Positions 34,807-46,824 of a stretch of 64,000 nucleotides of DNA are shown in pieces. The DNA is from Scenedesmus sp. PABB004. Taxonomy: Eukaryota. How positions within the stretch are numbered: position 1 is the first letter of the stretch; every line of letters starts with the position of its first letter. The translations under genes were made by a program, and so were the position numbers. The DNA is taken from assembly GCA_014905635.1 (NCBI GenBank), contig JABVCE010000005.1, positions 372,001 to 436,000 on the forward strand. The letters are read 5' to 3'. The notes under the pieces were generated by a model. That model did not search any database, was not told the origin of the DNA, and was given only the letters and a program-made list of their open reading frames with translations.

Positions 34807-37226
34807 ATGGACTCGGACACAAAGAAGCTCATTCGGGCGGTGGTGCGCCCCCCCGCGCGCAGTCGCCGCGCCGCGGGCGCCCTGCTGGCCGGGACGGGCC
34901 GCCCCGCCGGCGGGCGGACCGCTCCGCCGAGCTGCGGCGCCCGCCGCCGAGCGCGCGCGCCGCCGCCGCCGCCCGCTGCCGCTGCCGCGCAGGTGCGCCG
35001 CGTGCACCCCGACCTCTTCACGGCGCACCCCTTTGAGCGGCAGCGCAACTCCGACAGCCTCAAGGCGCTCAACAGCTACGTGGAGCAGGTCGCGCGCGGC
35101 ATCACGCCGCGCAGCACGAGCGTCGAGTTTTGGGTCAAGGACGGCGAGCACCTCACGCGCATCGACGCGCTGCTCCCCTCCACCGGCTCGCTCGGCCCGC
35201 TCTTCTACGCCTTTGGGCTCATCACCGAGGAGGAGCTGCGCGCGGGCACGGGGCGGGAGGACGTGAGCGACACCAACTTCCTCGAGTGGCTGCGCGACAC
35301 CGTGTTTGAGGCCGTTAAGATTGCGGAGCAGCACGAGTCGCTCAAGCTGCGCATCCGCGAGAGCCGCGCCAACATCGAGCACAAGTACCAGCTCGCCTCG
35401 CTGCAGGCGCGCGCGTGCTCGCGCGGCGGCGACGCCGGCGGCGCGGCAGCAGCGCGCGCGCGCCGCGCGCCCCGCCCCGCCCCGCGCGCGCCCCGCCCCG
35501 CGCGTGCGGCGCCCGACGCCAGCCCCGCCCGCGCCGCGCCTGCGCCCCCGCCGCCGCGCCGCGCCGCGCGCAGGTCGGGTCTGAGTTTGCGGTCGGCCCG
35601 CTGGAGCAGCAGCGGCAGATCGAGGCGCTGCGCGTGCTCGACGCGGTGCTGTCGAGCCTGAGCGCGGAGCAGGGCATGTCGTTCGCCGGGCTCAACCTCC
35701 ACGTCTACCACCCAGACACCTGCCCGCTCGGCGCGTTTGGGCTGCACAACAACGAGGACCACGCGTTTGGGATGGGCGCGGGCAACCTCATGGCGAGCCA
35801 CGTCGCCGACGACGGCTGCCTGCACGTCGTGGCCGACCGGTGCGGCGCGCGCGCGCTGGCGGCGCGCGGCGGCGGCGGCAGCTCGAGCAGCGGCGGCAGC
35901 AGCGGAGGCGGCGGCGACGGCGGCGCGGCTGGGCGGCGCGCACAACGCCCGCCGCGCCGCGCCGCGCACGCAGGCTGGGGCTGCGCGAGGCGCTGCAGGC
36001 GATGGACCTGGAGCGCGCGCGCGTGCTGACCAAGGTGACCATGTTCTGGCTGAAGCGCGTGCGCGACCTCAGCCCCGTGCTGCGCGAGCTGCTGGGCGTG
36101 CAAAACGTGTGGTGCGACACGCGCACGGAGCAGAACAGCCAGAACTTTGTGCTGTGGGCGGGCTACATGCTCGAGCAGCGGTGAGGGGCGCGCCCGCCGG
36201 CGCACAAGGCAGCAGCGGCGCGAGCAGCGGCGCCCGCCCGCGCGCGCGCGCCGCCCGACCGCCGGCCCCCGCCCGCGCCGCAGGGACGAGGTCGCGCACG
36301 CGGTGGGGCACCGGCAGTTTACGTTCTCGCTGCTCGTCCACAGCGACGCGACCAGCCCCATGGTCGACTGGAGCCAGAACAGCTCCATCCTGCAGGTGCG
36401 GCGCCGGGCGCGCGCGCGCGGCGCGCGGCCGCGCAGCTGCGCCGATTGGCGCGCCGACCGCGCCGCTGACCGCGCCGCCGCCTGCACGCCGCCGCGCGCA
36501 CAGGTTCGCAGCGACTGCCCGCCGCGGCAGCTCGTCGAGTTCCTCGTCAGCGACAGCGGCGTGCAGGCGGACCAGGCCGCGGCGGCGGTGCAGGTCACCA
36601 AGAAGGAGGAGCAGGAGCTGCTGGAGCGCATCCGCCAGGAGTTTGGCGCGAAGCACGTCGTGCGCGTGTGCTCCATGTTTGAGTGCGACCGCGTGCTCGA
36701 CGGCGCGCGGCGGCTGCTCGAGTACGCGCCGACGATCAAGCAGAGCGTCGACCTCAGCGGCGCGAGCCTCGCGATCGACGACTGCTACGAGGTCTGGGGC
36801 TCCGGGTTCATCAGCATCCCCTACGACTTCACGCTGCAGGAGCTGCAGCCGCAGCTCATGAAGCTGCTCAGCGCCAAGGCCAGCGCCGGCGGCGCGGCGG
36901 GCGCGGGCGTGCCGCACGAGCAGGCGCGGCCCGTCGCGGCGGCGGCGCGCGGCGGCGGCGCGCCGGGGCCGGCGCGCGCGCGCGCTGCGGCCGGCCCGGG
37001 CGCAGCCGGCCGACCCGGCCTGCAGGGCGCGCCGCACCTGGGCTGGGCGCCGCGCGGCGGCGCGGCGCCGCGAGCGCAGCCGCAGCAGCAGCGCCCGCCC
37101 GGCGGCGGCGCGTGCGCCCGCAGCAGGCGGCGCTGCGCCGCTGCGGCGAGCGCGCTGCGCGGCGCGGCCGCCGCGCCCGGCCGCGCGCGGGCCGCGTGCG
37201 GCGCGCCGCGCCCGCTCGCGTTGTAG
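34807..37226 (+). CDS. DUF4460/TCAIM-like protein, 6 exons
   Basis: RRVHPDLFTAHPFERQRNSDSLKALNSY matches the DUF4460 N-terminus; C-terminal GFISIPYDF. The low-complexity tail makes the 3' end less certain. Confidence 0.75.
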
Positions 37227-37581
37227 CCGGCGCGGCGCGGCGGCTGTGCATGGCAGGTGTGCGGGGGGGTGGGAGGGCGCATTACGCCCGGCGCCGCAGC
37301 AGGCGGCGCGGCCCCGCCGGCGCGCGCATCCACAACTGGGCGGCACCGCAGCGCTCGCGCATGCTGGCGCGTTGCGGCGGCGGCGGCGCGCGCGTCGCCG
37401 CCGCCCGCCGCCGCGCCGCCTCGCGGCGCGCGCTCCTTGTACTTGTACGACGCCAGTGTTGACTCGCGTGTGCGTTTGTTGGTGAGCGTGTGGATGAGCC
37501 TCTCTTGCGTAGGTGCGCAGTCGCGCGGAGTGGCGGCCCCAGACAGGGCCCAGACGGGCGGCAGCCACCGCTCGCTGCGCG

Positions 37582-37586
37582 TGTAA
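37582..37586 (+). terminator. Poly(A) signal TGTAA (TCAIM-like gene)
   Basis: Lies between the stop at 37226 and the next ATG at 37722. Confidence 0.65.
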
Positions 37587-37721
37587 CGCGGCGGTCGGTC
37601 GGCGGTGCGCGACAGACCCCCTCCGTGCGCTGCTCCGAAACCTCTCAGCACCAGCCCTTTCCGCCCGCCCAACCGATCGCCCGCAGTGCGGCCCGGGGTG
37701 GTGGAGCAGCAGCATCAAACG

Positions 37722-38585
37722 ATGGGCGCCGCGCTCGCGTTCACGGGGCGCCTGCTGCTGGCGTCGCTCTTCCTGCTGTCAGGTGTGGTGGCGGCTGATC
37801 GCACACGCGCCACGACGGGGCGCGGCGGTGGCCGCCGCGGCAGCCGCCGCGCGCTGCTGCGCGGCGCAGCGCCGCGCCGCCGCGCCGCGCCGCTTCCGCG
37901 CCCGCCGAAACCGCGCCCGCGACGCCGCGGCCGCAGGCGCTATGAAGGTCGCGCAGCACGACGGCTCGGGCGGCCCGATCGTGGCGTACATGGCCCCGAA
38001 GATGGACGTCGCGCAGGCGAAGCTGCAGCAGCTGACCGGGCTGCCGCCGCCGCTCGACCGCGAGGTGTACCCGCTGCTCGCGTTCGCGGCGGGCTGCGCG
38101 GAGCTGCTGGGCGGCGTGCTCTTCACGCTCAACCTCAAGCTCGGCGCGGTGCTGCTGGTGCGGCGCACGCACGGGGCGCACGCAGGGCGCGCCCCGCCGC
38201 AGCCAGCAGGCGCGCGCCGCCGCCGCGCAGATGCTGTTCCTCGTGCCCACGACCGTGGTCATGCACAACTTCTGGGACCTGGAGCCGGGCAGCCCGGGGC
38301 ACCAAATCGAGTTCATCAACTTCATGAAGGTGTGCGTGTGTGTGTGTGTCTGTGTGTCTGTGCGTGCTGCGCCGCCGACACGGCCGCCGCCAGTGCTGCT
38401 GCCGCCGCCGACCGCGCAGCGCCGCCGGCGGCCGGGGCCGCGCGCCGACGCCGACACCGACGCTGCCACGCCCGCCCCGCGCCGCCGCGCGGCCGCAGAA
38501 CGTGTGCCTGCTGGGCGCGTTCCTCACGTTCTGCAACACGCCCGCGCGCGTCGTGCTGGCCGGGCGCAAGGCCAAGGCGCTCTGA
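37722..38585 (+). CDS. DoxX/SURF4-like (HR-like lesion-inducing) membrane protein, 4 exons
   Basis: GRLLLASLFLLSG, ELLGGVLF, FLVPTTVVMHNFW and FINFMKNVCLLGAFL. TGTAA begins at 38592, 6 nt after the stop. Confidence 0.85.
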
Positions 38586-38591
38586 GCTCGC

Positions 38592-38596
38592 TGTAA
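38592..38596 (+). terminator. Poly(A) signal TGTAA (DoxX-like gene)
   Basis: Immediately after the stop. Confidence 0.7.
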
Positions 38597-38744
38597 CGCA
38601 CTCCGCGAGGCACGGCCCGCGGCCGCGCTGTGACGTAGCGGTTGAGCACGCCGCTCGCTCCGCCGCCCACGCTGCTGCGGCGGCGCCCGGCTCCGCCCAC
38701 TCACGCGCCCCCCAACTCGCCTCCCCGCCCCCGTCCGCGCCACC

Positions 38745-40574
38745 ATGGCCGCCCTGGCCAACAAGAGCGCCCTGGTCGCGCGCCCCACGGTCAGGCCCTT
38801 CACGTCTCGCCGGGTGCGCGGGCGGCGACGTGCCGCGGCGCATTGGGTCGCCGCGAGCGCTGGCTCGGTCGCGGGGGACTGCGGACGCGCGGCGGCGCGG
38901 CAGCGCGCCTCGGGCGCTGCTGCTGTGCCCGCGAGCGCCACGCCGCGCGCAACAGGGGGCGCGCCGCGGGCCGGCCGCGCAATCACGCACGCGCCCAGCG
39001 TTGGCCGGCCCACTGCGCCACGCGCGCGGCCTGAGCCCCCGGCGCGGCGCGGACGCACCCGCAGGTGATGGCCGTGCGCGCGCAGGCGCTGAGCCAGGAC
39101 GAGCTCAAGAAGCAGGTGCGGGGCCTGATCCGGCGCCAGGCGCCGGCGCGGGCGCAATCAGGGGCGCTTGCGGCGAGCTGCGCGGGCAGCCGGCGCCGCG
39201 CAGCTGCAGCGCTGGCGCCGGCCGCCGCTCCGCGCGCTGCGGCGGCGGTCGGCGGCTGCCGCCGCAGTGCGCACCCCCTTGCCCTCCGGCGCACCTGCTG
39301 CGTCCCTGTCGCCGCCGCGCAGCGCGGCGCCTCTGCGGTGGCTCACGCCCGGGCGCCGGCCGCGCCCCCGCAGGCCGCCTGGAAGGCTGTCGAGTACGTC
39401 AAGAGCGGCATGGTCGTCGGCCTGGGCACCGGCTCCACCGCCGCCTTCGCGGGTGCGCCGCCCGCATCCGCCCGCATCCGCCCACGACCGCCCGCGCGCC
39501 CGCGGCCCCGTCGCCGCCGCCTCACGGTTGCCGCCTCATCACGGCTGCCGCCGCGCCGCCCCGCCGCACCAGTTGACCGCATCGGCCAGCTCATGAAGGA
39601 GGGCACCCTCACCAACATCATCGGCGTCCCCACCTCGGTGCGCACGTACGAGCAGGCCAAGGGCCTCGGCATCCCCCTCGCCACGCTCGACGAGCAGCCC
39701 AAGATCGACGTCGCGATCGACGGCGCGGACGAGGTCGACCCCAAGCTCGACGTGGTGCGCACACGCCGCCGCACCCGCCGCCGCTGTCGGCGGTGCGGCT
39801 GCCGTGGTGTGGGCGGTGGCGCCCGCGTGCCCCCCGGCGCGACCGCCGCCGCCGCCGCGGCGCGGCGCGCGCGCAGGTCAAGGGCCGCGGCGGCGCGCTG
39901 CTGCGCGAGAAGATGGTCGAGATGGCGAGCGCCAAGTTTGTGTGCATCGTCGACGACACCAAGCTCGTCGAGGGCCTCGGCGGCAGCAAGCTCGCGATGC
40001 CGGTGGAGATTGTGCAGTTCTGCCACAAGTACACGCTCGCGCGGTGAGAGAGGGAAAGGGCGCGCAGAGGGTCTCACGCAGCCCGCCAGCGCGCGCGCAG
40101 GCCCTGCTCGCTGTGCAGACGCCGCCCGGGGCGGGCACGGCCTCACGCCCGCGCCCCGCCGCGCGGCCGCAGGCTGGCGGCGCTGCCGGAGGTCGCGGGC
40201 TGCGAGGCCAAGCTGCGCATGGAGGGCGACAAGCCTTACGTGACCGACAACTCCAACTTCATCGTCGACCTCTACTTCCAGGTGGGGCGCCCCGCGCAGG
40301 CACAGCGCGGCACGCAGCGTGGTGGGGCCCGCGGCGGCGCGCAGAGCGGCGCGTGCTCTCACGTGCTCGCACGCGCCCAAGGCCGCGCGCTCACGCGCGC
40401 GGCGCGCGGCGCCGCCGCCCGTGCGGCGCGCAGACGCCGATCACGGACTCGCACGCGGCGAGCAAGGCGATCCTGGCGCTGGAGGGCGTGGTGGACCACG
40501 GGCTGTTCCTGGACATGGTCGACGTCTGCATCATCGCCGGCACGACCGGCGTGGAGGTCAAGGAGCGCAAGTGA
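38745..40574 (+). CDS. RPI1: Ribose-5-phosphate isomerase A, chloroplast, 7 exons
   Basis: Transit peptide, then SQDELKKQAAWKAV, GLGTGSTA, DGADEVD, KGRGGALLREK, PYVTDNSNFIVD and GVVDHGLF. Confidence 0.97.
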
Positions 40575-40835
40575 GCGGACGCGCCAGGCGGGCGGCGGAC
40601 GCGGGCGCGGGCGCAGCGCGGGCCGGGCCGGGGGCTGCGGAGCAGCTGCGCGAGCTGCTGCAGCGCCACGGCCGCCGCGGCGGCGCGGCCGGTAATCGGT
40701 GGACCGATTTGCACTCGGTCGTCACCGTGTCCTGCGCACGTCCGCCAGGCGACACGCGTGCTCTGCCTCGCGCTCCCTCCCGCTCGGGGCCGCCGCGCCG
40801 CATGTCGCAGCGGCGCCTGCGCGCGCCCCCTGTCG

Positions 40836-42200
40836 TCACAGCCCCTCGCGCTGCGCCGCGAGCCACGCCTCCTGCCGCGTCTGCCGCACCCGCCTGCTGC
40901 TGCGCCGGTTGCGCTGAAAGAACAGCGGCGCCTCTGGCGGCACCTCCGGCTGTCGCTCCGGCGGCTGCTGCGGCTGCGCCGGCGCCGGTGCCTGCTGCGC
41001 CAGCTGCACCTCCTGCTGCGCCGGCCCGGCCGCCTCGCGCGCGGCCTGAAGCAGCGCGGCGCGCCGCGCCACCACCTCGGCCGCCTGCCGCGCGCGCGCG
41101 GCGTCCGCCTCGGCGTCCGCCGCCGCGGCGTCGCGGGCCGCCGCAGCGGCGGCGCGGTCTGCCGCGCGCCAGCGCTTGCGCAGCTGCCGGCGCTCCGTGC
41201 CGTTGAGGCCCTGCAGCGCCGCGGTGCGCGCCAGCAGGCGGCGCGGCACGCGCAGCGTGACGCCCAGCTGCGCCAGCATCGCGCGCCGCTGCTCGCTCAG
41301 CTTGCGCTTGGCCAGCAGCCGCGCCTGCCGGTCCAGCCACCTGCGACGCGGCGCGCGGCGGGGCAAGGCGAGGCACGCGCGTGGGCGCGGCTGCGCCGGC
41401 CGCGGCGCTCGGCCTCGCCCGCCCCGCCCCGCGCAGCGCGCGCGGCCGCACCTGGCGACCACGCGCCAGTCGGTGGCGTCGGCGCGGCCGTGCCGCGGGT
41501 CGACGGCGGTGCTGCCGTGCAGGAGGCGGTATCGGCGCAGTTGGTGGTACGTGTGGTGCCACTTGGCGTCCTGGTCCGACACCTCCCACTCAAACCCCAG
41601 CTCGTTCAGCCTGCGCGGCCGGTGGCGCGGGCGTCAGGGGCGCACGGGCGTGAGGGGCGCGGCGGCGGGGGCTGCGGCGGGGCCGCCGGCCGGCCAGCCC
41701 CCGCGCCCTCACCGCTCCACCTTCCACGCCTCCAGCGCGCCGTCGCGGTGGGCCTTGCGTTGCGCGCGCACCCACGCGCCGAGCTCCGGCGCGTCGAAGC
41801 AGTGGCGTGGCACGTGCGCGCTCAGGTGCGCGGCGCGCCAGGCCGCCAGGCGGGCGAGCATGGCGTCAAACGCCATGCGCGACGGCCGCAGCCGGCGGCT
41901 TGGCATGGCCACCCCCTCCGGCGCCCCCCGGGGCGCGGCGGCATCGCGCACAGCGGCCGCGCCGTCGTCGCCAGCGCTGCCAGCGCCGAGCAGCGGCAGC
42001 GACACCACCGGCGCATGCGCCGCCTGCGCCAGCAGCTCCGCGAGCGTCGAGTCCACGCCGGCGTCGCCGCGGGCGGCCGCAACGGGACCGCGCGCCCGAG
42101 CAGCGGCAGCGGCGGGCCGCTGCCACGCTGCCGCTGCCGCCGCCGCGCGGCGCGCGGCCGATGCGACGGGCGGCGCGGTAGCGGCGGCGCTCAGGCGCAT
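40836..42200 (-). CDS. Helicase-associated (HA) repeat protein without a helicase domain, transit-peptide-like N-terminus, 3 exons
   Basis: FDAMLARLAAWRAAH..HVP..ELGAWVRAQRKAHRDGALEAWKVERLNELGFEW, then KWHHTYHQLRRYRLLHGSTAV..WLDRQ..LSEQRRAMLAQLG: two HA repeats. Confidence 0.8.
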
Positions 42201-42715
42201 GCGCGTTGCTGACTGGCGCGTGCGCAGTCGACGGCGCCGGGCGCCGAGCGCGGCACGCTGCCCGCGGCGGCGTCGCAGCGGCGCTGCTGGCGTTCGTGCT
42301 CCGGGGGAACGAGCTGTGTGTGATGGCGCGGGGATCGCGAGGGGGGCGAGATGCCAGCCGGGGAGCATCGCCGGGCGCTGGCGTTGCTCGAGGGCGCACG
42401 CCGGCGACGCAGCGCGGCAGGGCACGCCGCCGCCGCTGGCCAAGAGGCAGCCCTCTCCTCTGCCTGGACCGTGCCGCAGGGCAGGACGGCGTCGCGCGTC
42501 CTCCTCCCTCCAACGGCGCCGACAGCGGCTCGCACGCAGCACCCGGCCGCCCCAGCGCCGCTCCCGCTGCGCAGAGGGTCCGCCCGTGGCAGCCTGCACG
42601 CGCGAGAACGGGCGGCCCGAGCAGCAGCGGCCGCGAGCAGAGCAGCAGCGGCGCCGGCGCCGCCGCAGCGCCGGCCCCGGCGCGCGCGGCGGCAGCCTGC
42701 TGCGGCCCTGAGAAC

Positions 42716-44604
42716 ATGTCGTCGGTGGACATCGACCCGGGCTGGTACGAGGGCCAGCCTGAGACGTTCGAGCCAGACGCCGCGCCGGCCGGCGAGCCGC
42801 GCGCCGGCGCGGCAGTCGACGCGTCGCACGTGCCGACCGGTGCGGGCGCGGGCGCGGCCGCAGCGCGCCGGCCGCAGCGCGCCGGACGCGGCCGCTCACG
42901 ACGGCTGCGCCGCGCGCCGCAGTGCTCACCAAGCTGCGCAAGTGGGGGGACTATGCGGCGTTTGGCGAGCCGGTCGCGCCCTCGCGCTTCATCCCGATGT
43001 GCGGGCGCCGTGCGCAGGCCCGGGGCAGCGGCGGCGCGCCCGCCGAGCGCCGAGCGCCGAGCGCCGCGCCGCCCCCGCGCGCAGGAAGACGCCGCTCAGC
43101 ACAGACATCCTCGGCAGCTGGCAGCTCCCCGAGCCGCCCGCGCACTCGCTGACCGTGCGCGACCTGCTGGCGGCGCAGGCGGCCGCGGGGCGGCGCGTGG
43201 GGCTGGTGCTCGACCTGTCCAACCACGACTGCCTCTACACCGACGACATCCCACACGGCACGCGCCGCGCCGCGCCGCCGCCGCAGCGCCCGCACCGCGC
43301 GGGCGCGCTCGCCGGCGGCGGCGCACGACCCGCCGCGCGGCCCCACCGCGCCGGCGGCGCGCAACACCCGCCGCGACACCCGCCGCGCCGCAGACGTGCG
43401 CTACATCCACGTCCAGCTCGTCGCCAAGGAGCTGCCGCCGCGTGAGTTTGTGGCCGAGGTCGCCGCCGCGGCGCGCGCGTTCTGGGCCGAGTCGCCGGGC
43501 GAGTTCATCGCCGTGCACTGCGCGTACGGGTTCAACCGCACCGGCTTTGTGGTGTGCAGCTACCTGATCGAGCACTGCGGCCTGAGCGTGGACGAGGCGC
43601 TCGCGTCGTTTGCCGCGTCGCGGCCGCCGGGCGTGAAGCACGAGCGCTTCCGCGACGAGCTGCGCGCGCGCTACGGCGGCGGCGGCGGGCTGGGCCTGCC
43701 GCCGCTGCCGCCGCACGCGGCGCACGCGGCCGCGGGGCAGCAGCCGCCGGCGGACGCGTGCGGGCGGCAGCAGCCGCCGCCGCAGGGGCGGTGCGCCCGG
43801 TGCAGCAGCCCGCGGTGCGGCGGCGGCGGCGGCGGCTGCCAGCCGGCGGCTGACGGCGGGCAGCAGCAGCCTGCGGCGGGCGCGTGCGACGGCGGCGCGG
43901 CCGGCGGCGGCAGCAAAGGCCTGCCGCCGCCGGGGCCGCCGGCGCGCGGCCCCAGCGACGCGGCGGCGCGCGCGGCGATGGAGGGCAGCCCGCTGCCCCG
44001 CCTGCCGGCGCGCTGCTACTCGTCCGGCTCGGTCGGCGACAACAGCAGCATCGGCTGCAGCCCCGACCGCGACGGAGGCCTGGAGCTCATGCGCGGCGGG
44101 CGGGCGGGCTCGCCGCACGCGGCGCCGGCGGCGCGGCCGCAGGCGGAGCAGGCGCAGGCGCGCGAGCCGCCGCGCGGCGAGGCGCCCGAGTCGGGGTGCG
44201 GCGCGGACGAGGAGGAGGATTGCTTCACTCTGGAGCTCGGCAGCTCGGCGGGCGGCGGCGGCGGCTGCGACGGCCGCGCGTGCTGCGAGCAGCGGCTGGG
44301 CGACGCCGCAGAGCTGTCGCGCCTGGTGCAGGCGGTGCAGCAGCAGCGGCAGCTGGGCGGCCCCGCCGCGGCGGCGGCGCCGTCGCCGTCGCTCGCGGCC
44401 TGCCCCTGCGCCTGCCACAACGGCGCCACCGGCCGCGCGAGCAGCGACGACGGCGCGCAGGCGCCGCGGCTCAGCAGCGACTCGGGGCTCGGCCTCGGCC
44501 CCGGGCGCGACGCGCTGGAGAACGAGAGCTTCGGCAACAGCGTGGAGCTGCTCGACAGCCTGCGGCGCCTGCGCCACGCGAGCCCCGCCGACGGCGGCGC
44601 GTAG
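42716..44604 (+). CDS. Cysteine-based RNA 5'-phosphatase, DUSP11/PIR1-like (capping-enzyme triphosphatase fold, no guanylyltransferase), 4 exons
   Basis: RFIPMKTPL, GLVLDLSN, IAVHCAYGFNRTGFVVCSYL (CX5R motif) and FAASRPPGV, followed only by a low-complexity tail. Confidence 0.85.
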
Positions 44605-45031
44605 CGCGTGGAGAGGGGCAACCGGCGCGTGACCCAGGGCTTGCCGCGCGAAGAAGCGCCGCGCCGCCCGCGCCCGCCGCTACTCCAGCCGCCGCCCGCC
44701 TTGGGCCGCCCACCTTTCTCCGCCGCAGCAGCCCGTCCCCGGCGCCTGCTCCAGCGCGTGCTGCCGAGATCGCGAGCAGCAACAGCCGGAACGCCGCCAA
44801 GAGCGCAGGTGCGGGCGCAAAGCGAACCCGACGCTGGTGCCGTCGCCGGCGGGCTCGGCGCGGCGTGGCAGAGCGCGCGCCACGCTGGGGGTCGCGCAAC
44901 ATCGCGCCGACCGGCACCCCGCCCAGACCGCGGCGCGCATTGGCCGATCCTGGGCACCACCGGTCCTCTTAGTTGCCCTGCACTCAACGCGCCCCCGCCG
45001 GCCCCGTCCGGCCGCGCAGGGACGCCGCGAG

Positions 45032-46824
45032 ATGAAGGCGCAGCGCCAGCTCGCTGCCCGGGGCGCTGCCCGGCCCCTGCCTCGCCACGCAGCGCCGGTC
45101 CGCCCCGCGGGCGCGCCCCGCGGCGCACCGCGCGTGACGGCAGCGGCCAGCCGCGACGGCCAGGTGCGGCGGCGCGGCGCGCGCGGCGGCGCACGCCGGG
45201 GCGCGCGCCGAGCCGCGCCCGCCCGCCCGCGCCGCAGGAGCTCGCCCGCCGCGAGCTGCTGGCGGCGGTGGGCCTGCTGGGCGGCCTGGGCGCGGCCCAG
45301 GCGGCGCAGGCGGCCGACCCGTACGAGGAGCTGCGCAGCATCGCCGCGCAGCGCTCGGGCGGGAGCGGGTCGCTGCTGGACCAGTTTGATGCCACGCGCG
45401 GCCTCACCTCGGCGGGCAAGGCCGACCGCGGCATCCGCTCCAAGCTCGCGGCGGAGGCGTCCAACGCGCCCAAGGCGGCGGGCGGCTTCCGCTTCGGCGG
45501 CGGCGCCGCGTCGCCCAAGCCCGCGTCGCTGAGCCCGCGGGCCGCGCCCGCGGCGCCGGCGGCCAAGCCCTTCAGCCTGTTTGGCTCGGGCGGGCCCAAG
45601 CCCGCCGCCGCCAACGTGGCGGCCAAGCCCAAGGCGCCCGCCGCGCCCGCCGCGCCCAAGCCCGCGGGCGGCGCCGGCGGCGCCGTGCCGGCCCTCCCCG
45701 GCGGCCTGCTGGGCCCCATCGGCCAGGCCGCGGGCGTGCTGGGCCTGGTGGGCGTCGGCGCGAGCGTGGTGACCTCCGCCGCGACGAGCAACCGCAAGAA
45801 GGCCCGCAAGGGCGCGCCCGCCGCGCCGGCGGCGCCGTCGCCGGCGCCCGCGGCGTCGCCGGCGCCCGCCGCGCCCGCGACGCGCAAGGTGTCCGCCGGC
45901 GGCACCGGCCGCGTCGCCACGCCCGCGCCGCGCGCGCCGTCGGCGGCGGGCTCCCGCCCGGCCACGCCCGCCACGCGCAAGATCGTGAGCAAGGTGCCGG
46001 CCAAGGCCGGCGCCGTGTCGGGCGGCACGGTGAAGGACACGATCAAGCAGGCCCTGGTGAACGAGGACAACCCGAATGAGCCCACCGACTTTGCGGTCGC
46101 GGGGTGGCTGGGCTTTGCCGGCGTGCTCGCCGCATTCTTCCTCTTTGCCCTCCCCGCGCCCATCCCGAGCGGCGGCCCCGCCGAGGGCGGGCGGAGCGCC
46201 GACCCGCTCGTCGAGGCGGCGCGCGAGGCGGCCGTGACGCGCGGCGCGGCGAGCTACACGACGCCGCTGTTCAAGGCCGCGGGCGAGCCGAGCGAGCCGG
46301 AGCGCAGGACCATCGCCGCGACCAAGGCCGCGCCGGCGCCCGCCGCGGCGCCGGCGCCGGCGCCCGCCAAGCCCGCCGCGGCGCCCAAGCCCGCCGCGGC
46401 GCCTGAGGCGCCCGCGCCGGCCAAGGCGGCGCTGCAGGCGCGCGCGCCCGCGCCGGCGCCCGCGCCCGCGGCGCCCGCGCCCGCGGCGCCCAAGGCGGCG
46501 GCCCCCAAGGCGGCGGCGCCCGCGGCGGCCGCGGCCGCGGAGGGCGCCGCGCCCGCCAACCCGCTGCTGCTGCTCGGCGGCGGCCTGGCGGTGATCGTCG
46601 GCGCGATCGCGGTGGCCGGCGGCAACAAGGAGGGCGAGGCCGGCAGCGCAGCCGCCGGCGGCGCCGCCGCGGCACCCGCGGCGCCCGCGCCGGCGGCCGA
46701 CGCGACCGCCGCGGCCGCGGCGGCGAGCGCGGCCGTGGTTGAGACGGTCAACGCTGCCGCCTCGGCGTCCGGCGCGTCTGCGCCGGCCGAGGGCGCCGCC
46801 AACGGTGAGAGCGCGCAGCCCTGA
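45032..46824 (+). CDS. Uncharacterised Pro/Ala/Lys-rich thylakoid membrane protein, short isoform (572 aa)
   Basis: Exons 45032-45163 and 45238-46824. Transit peptide plus twin-Arg domain LARRELLAAVGLLGGLGAAQAAQA and three hydrophobic segments. TGTAA at 47280. Confidence 0.75.
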
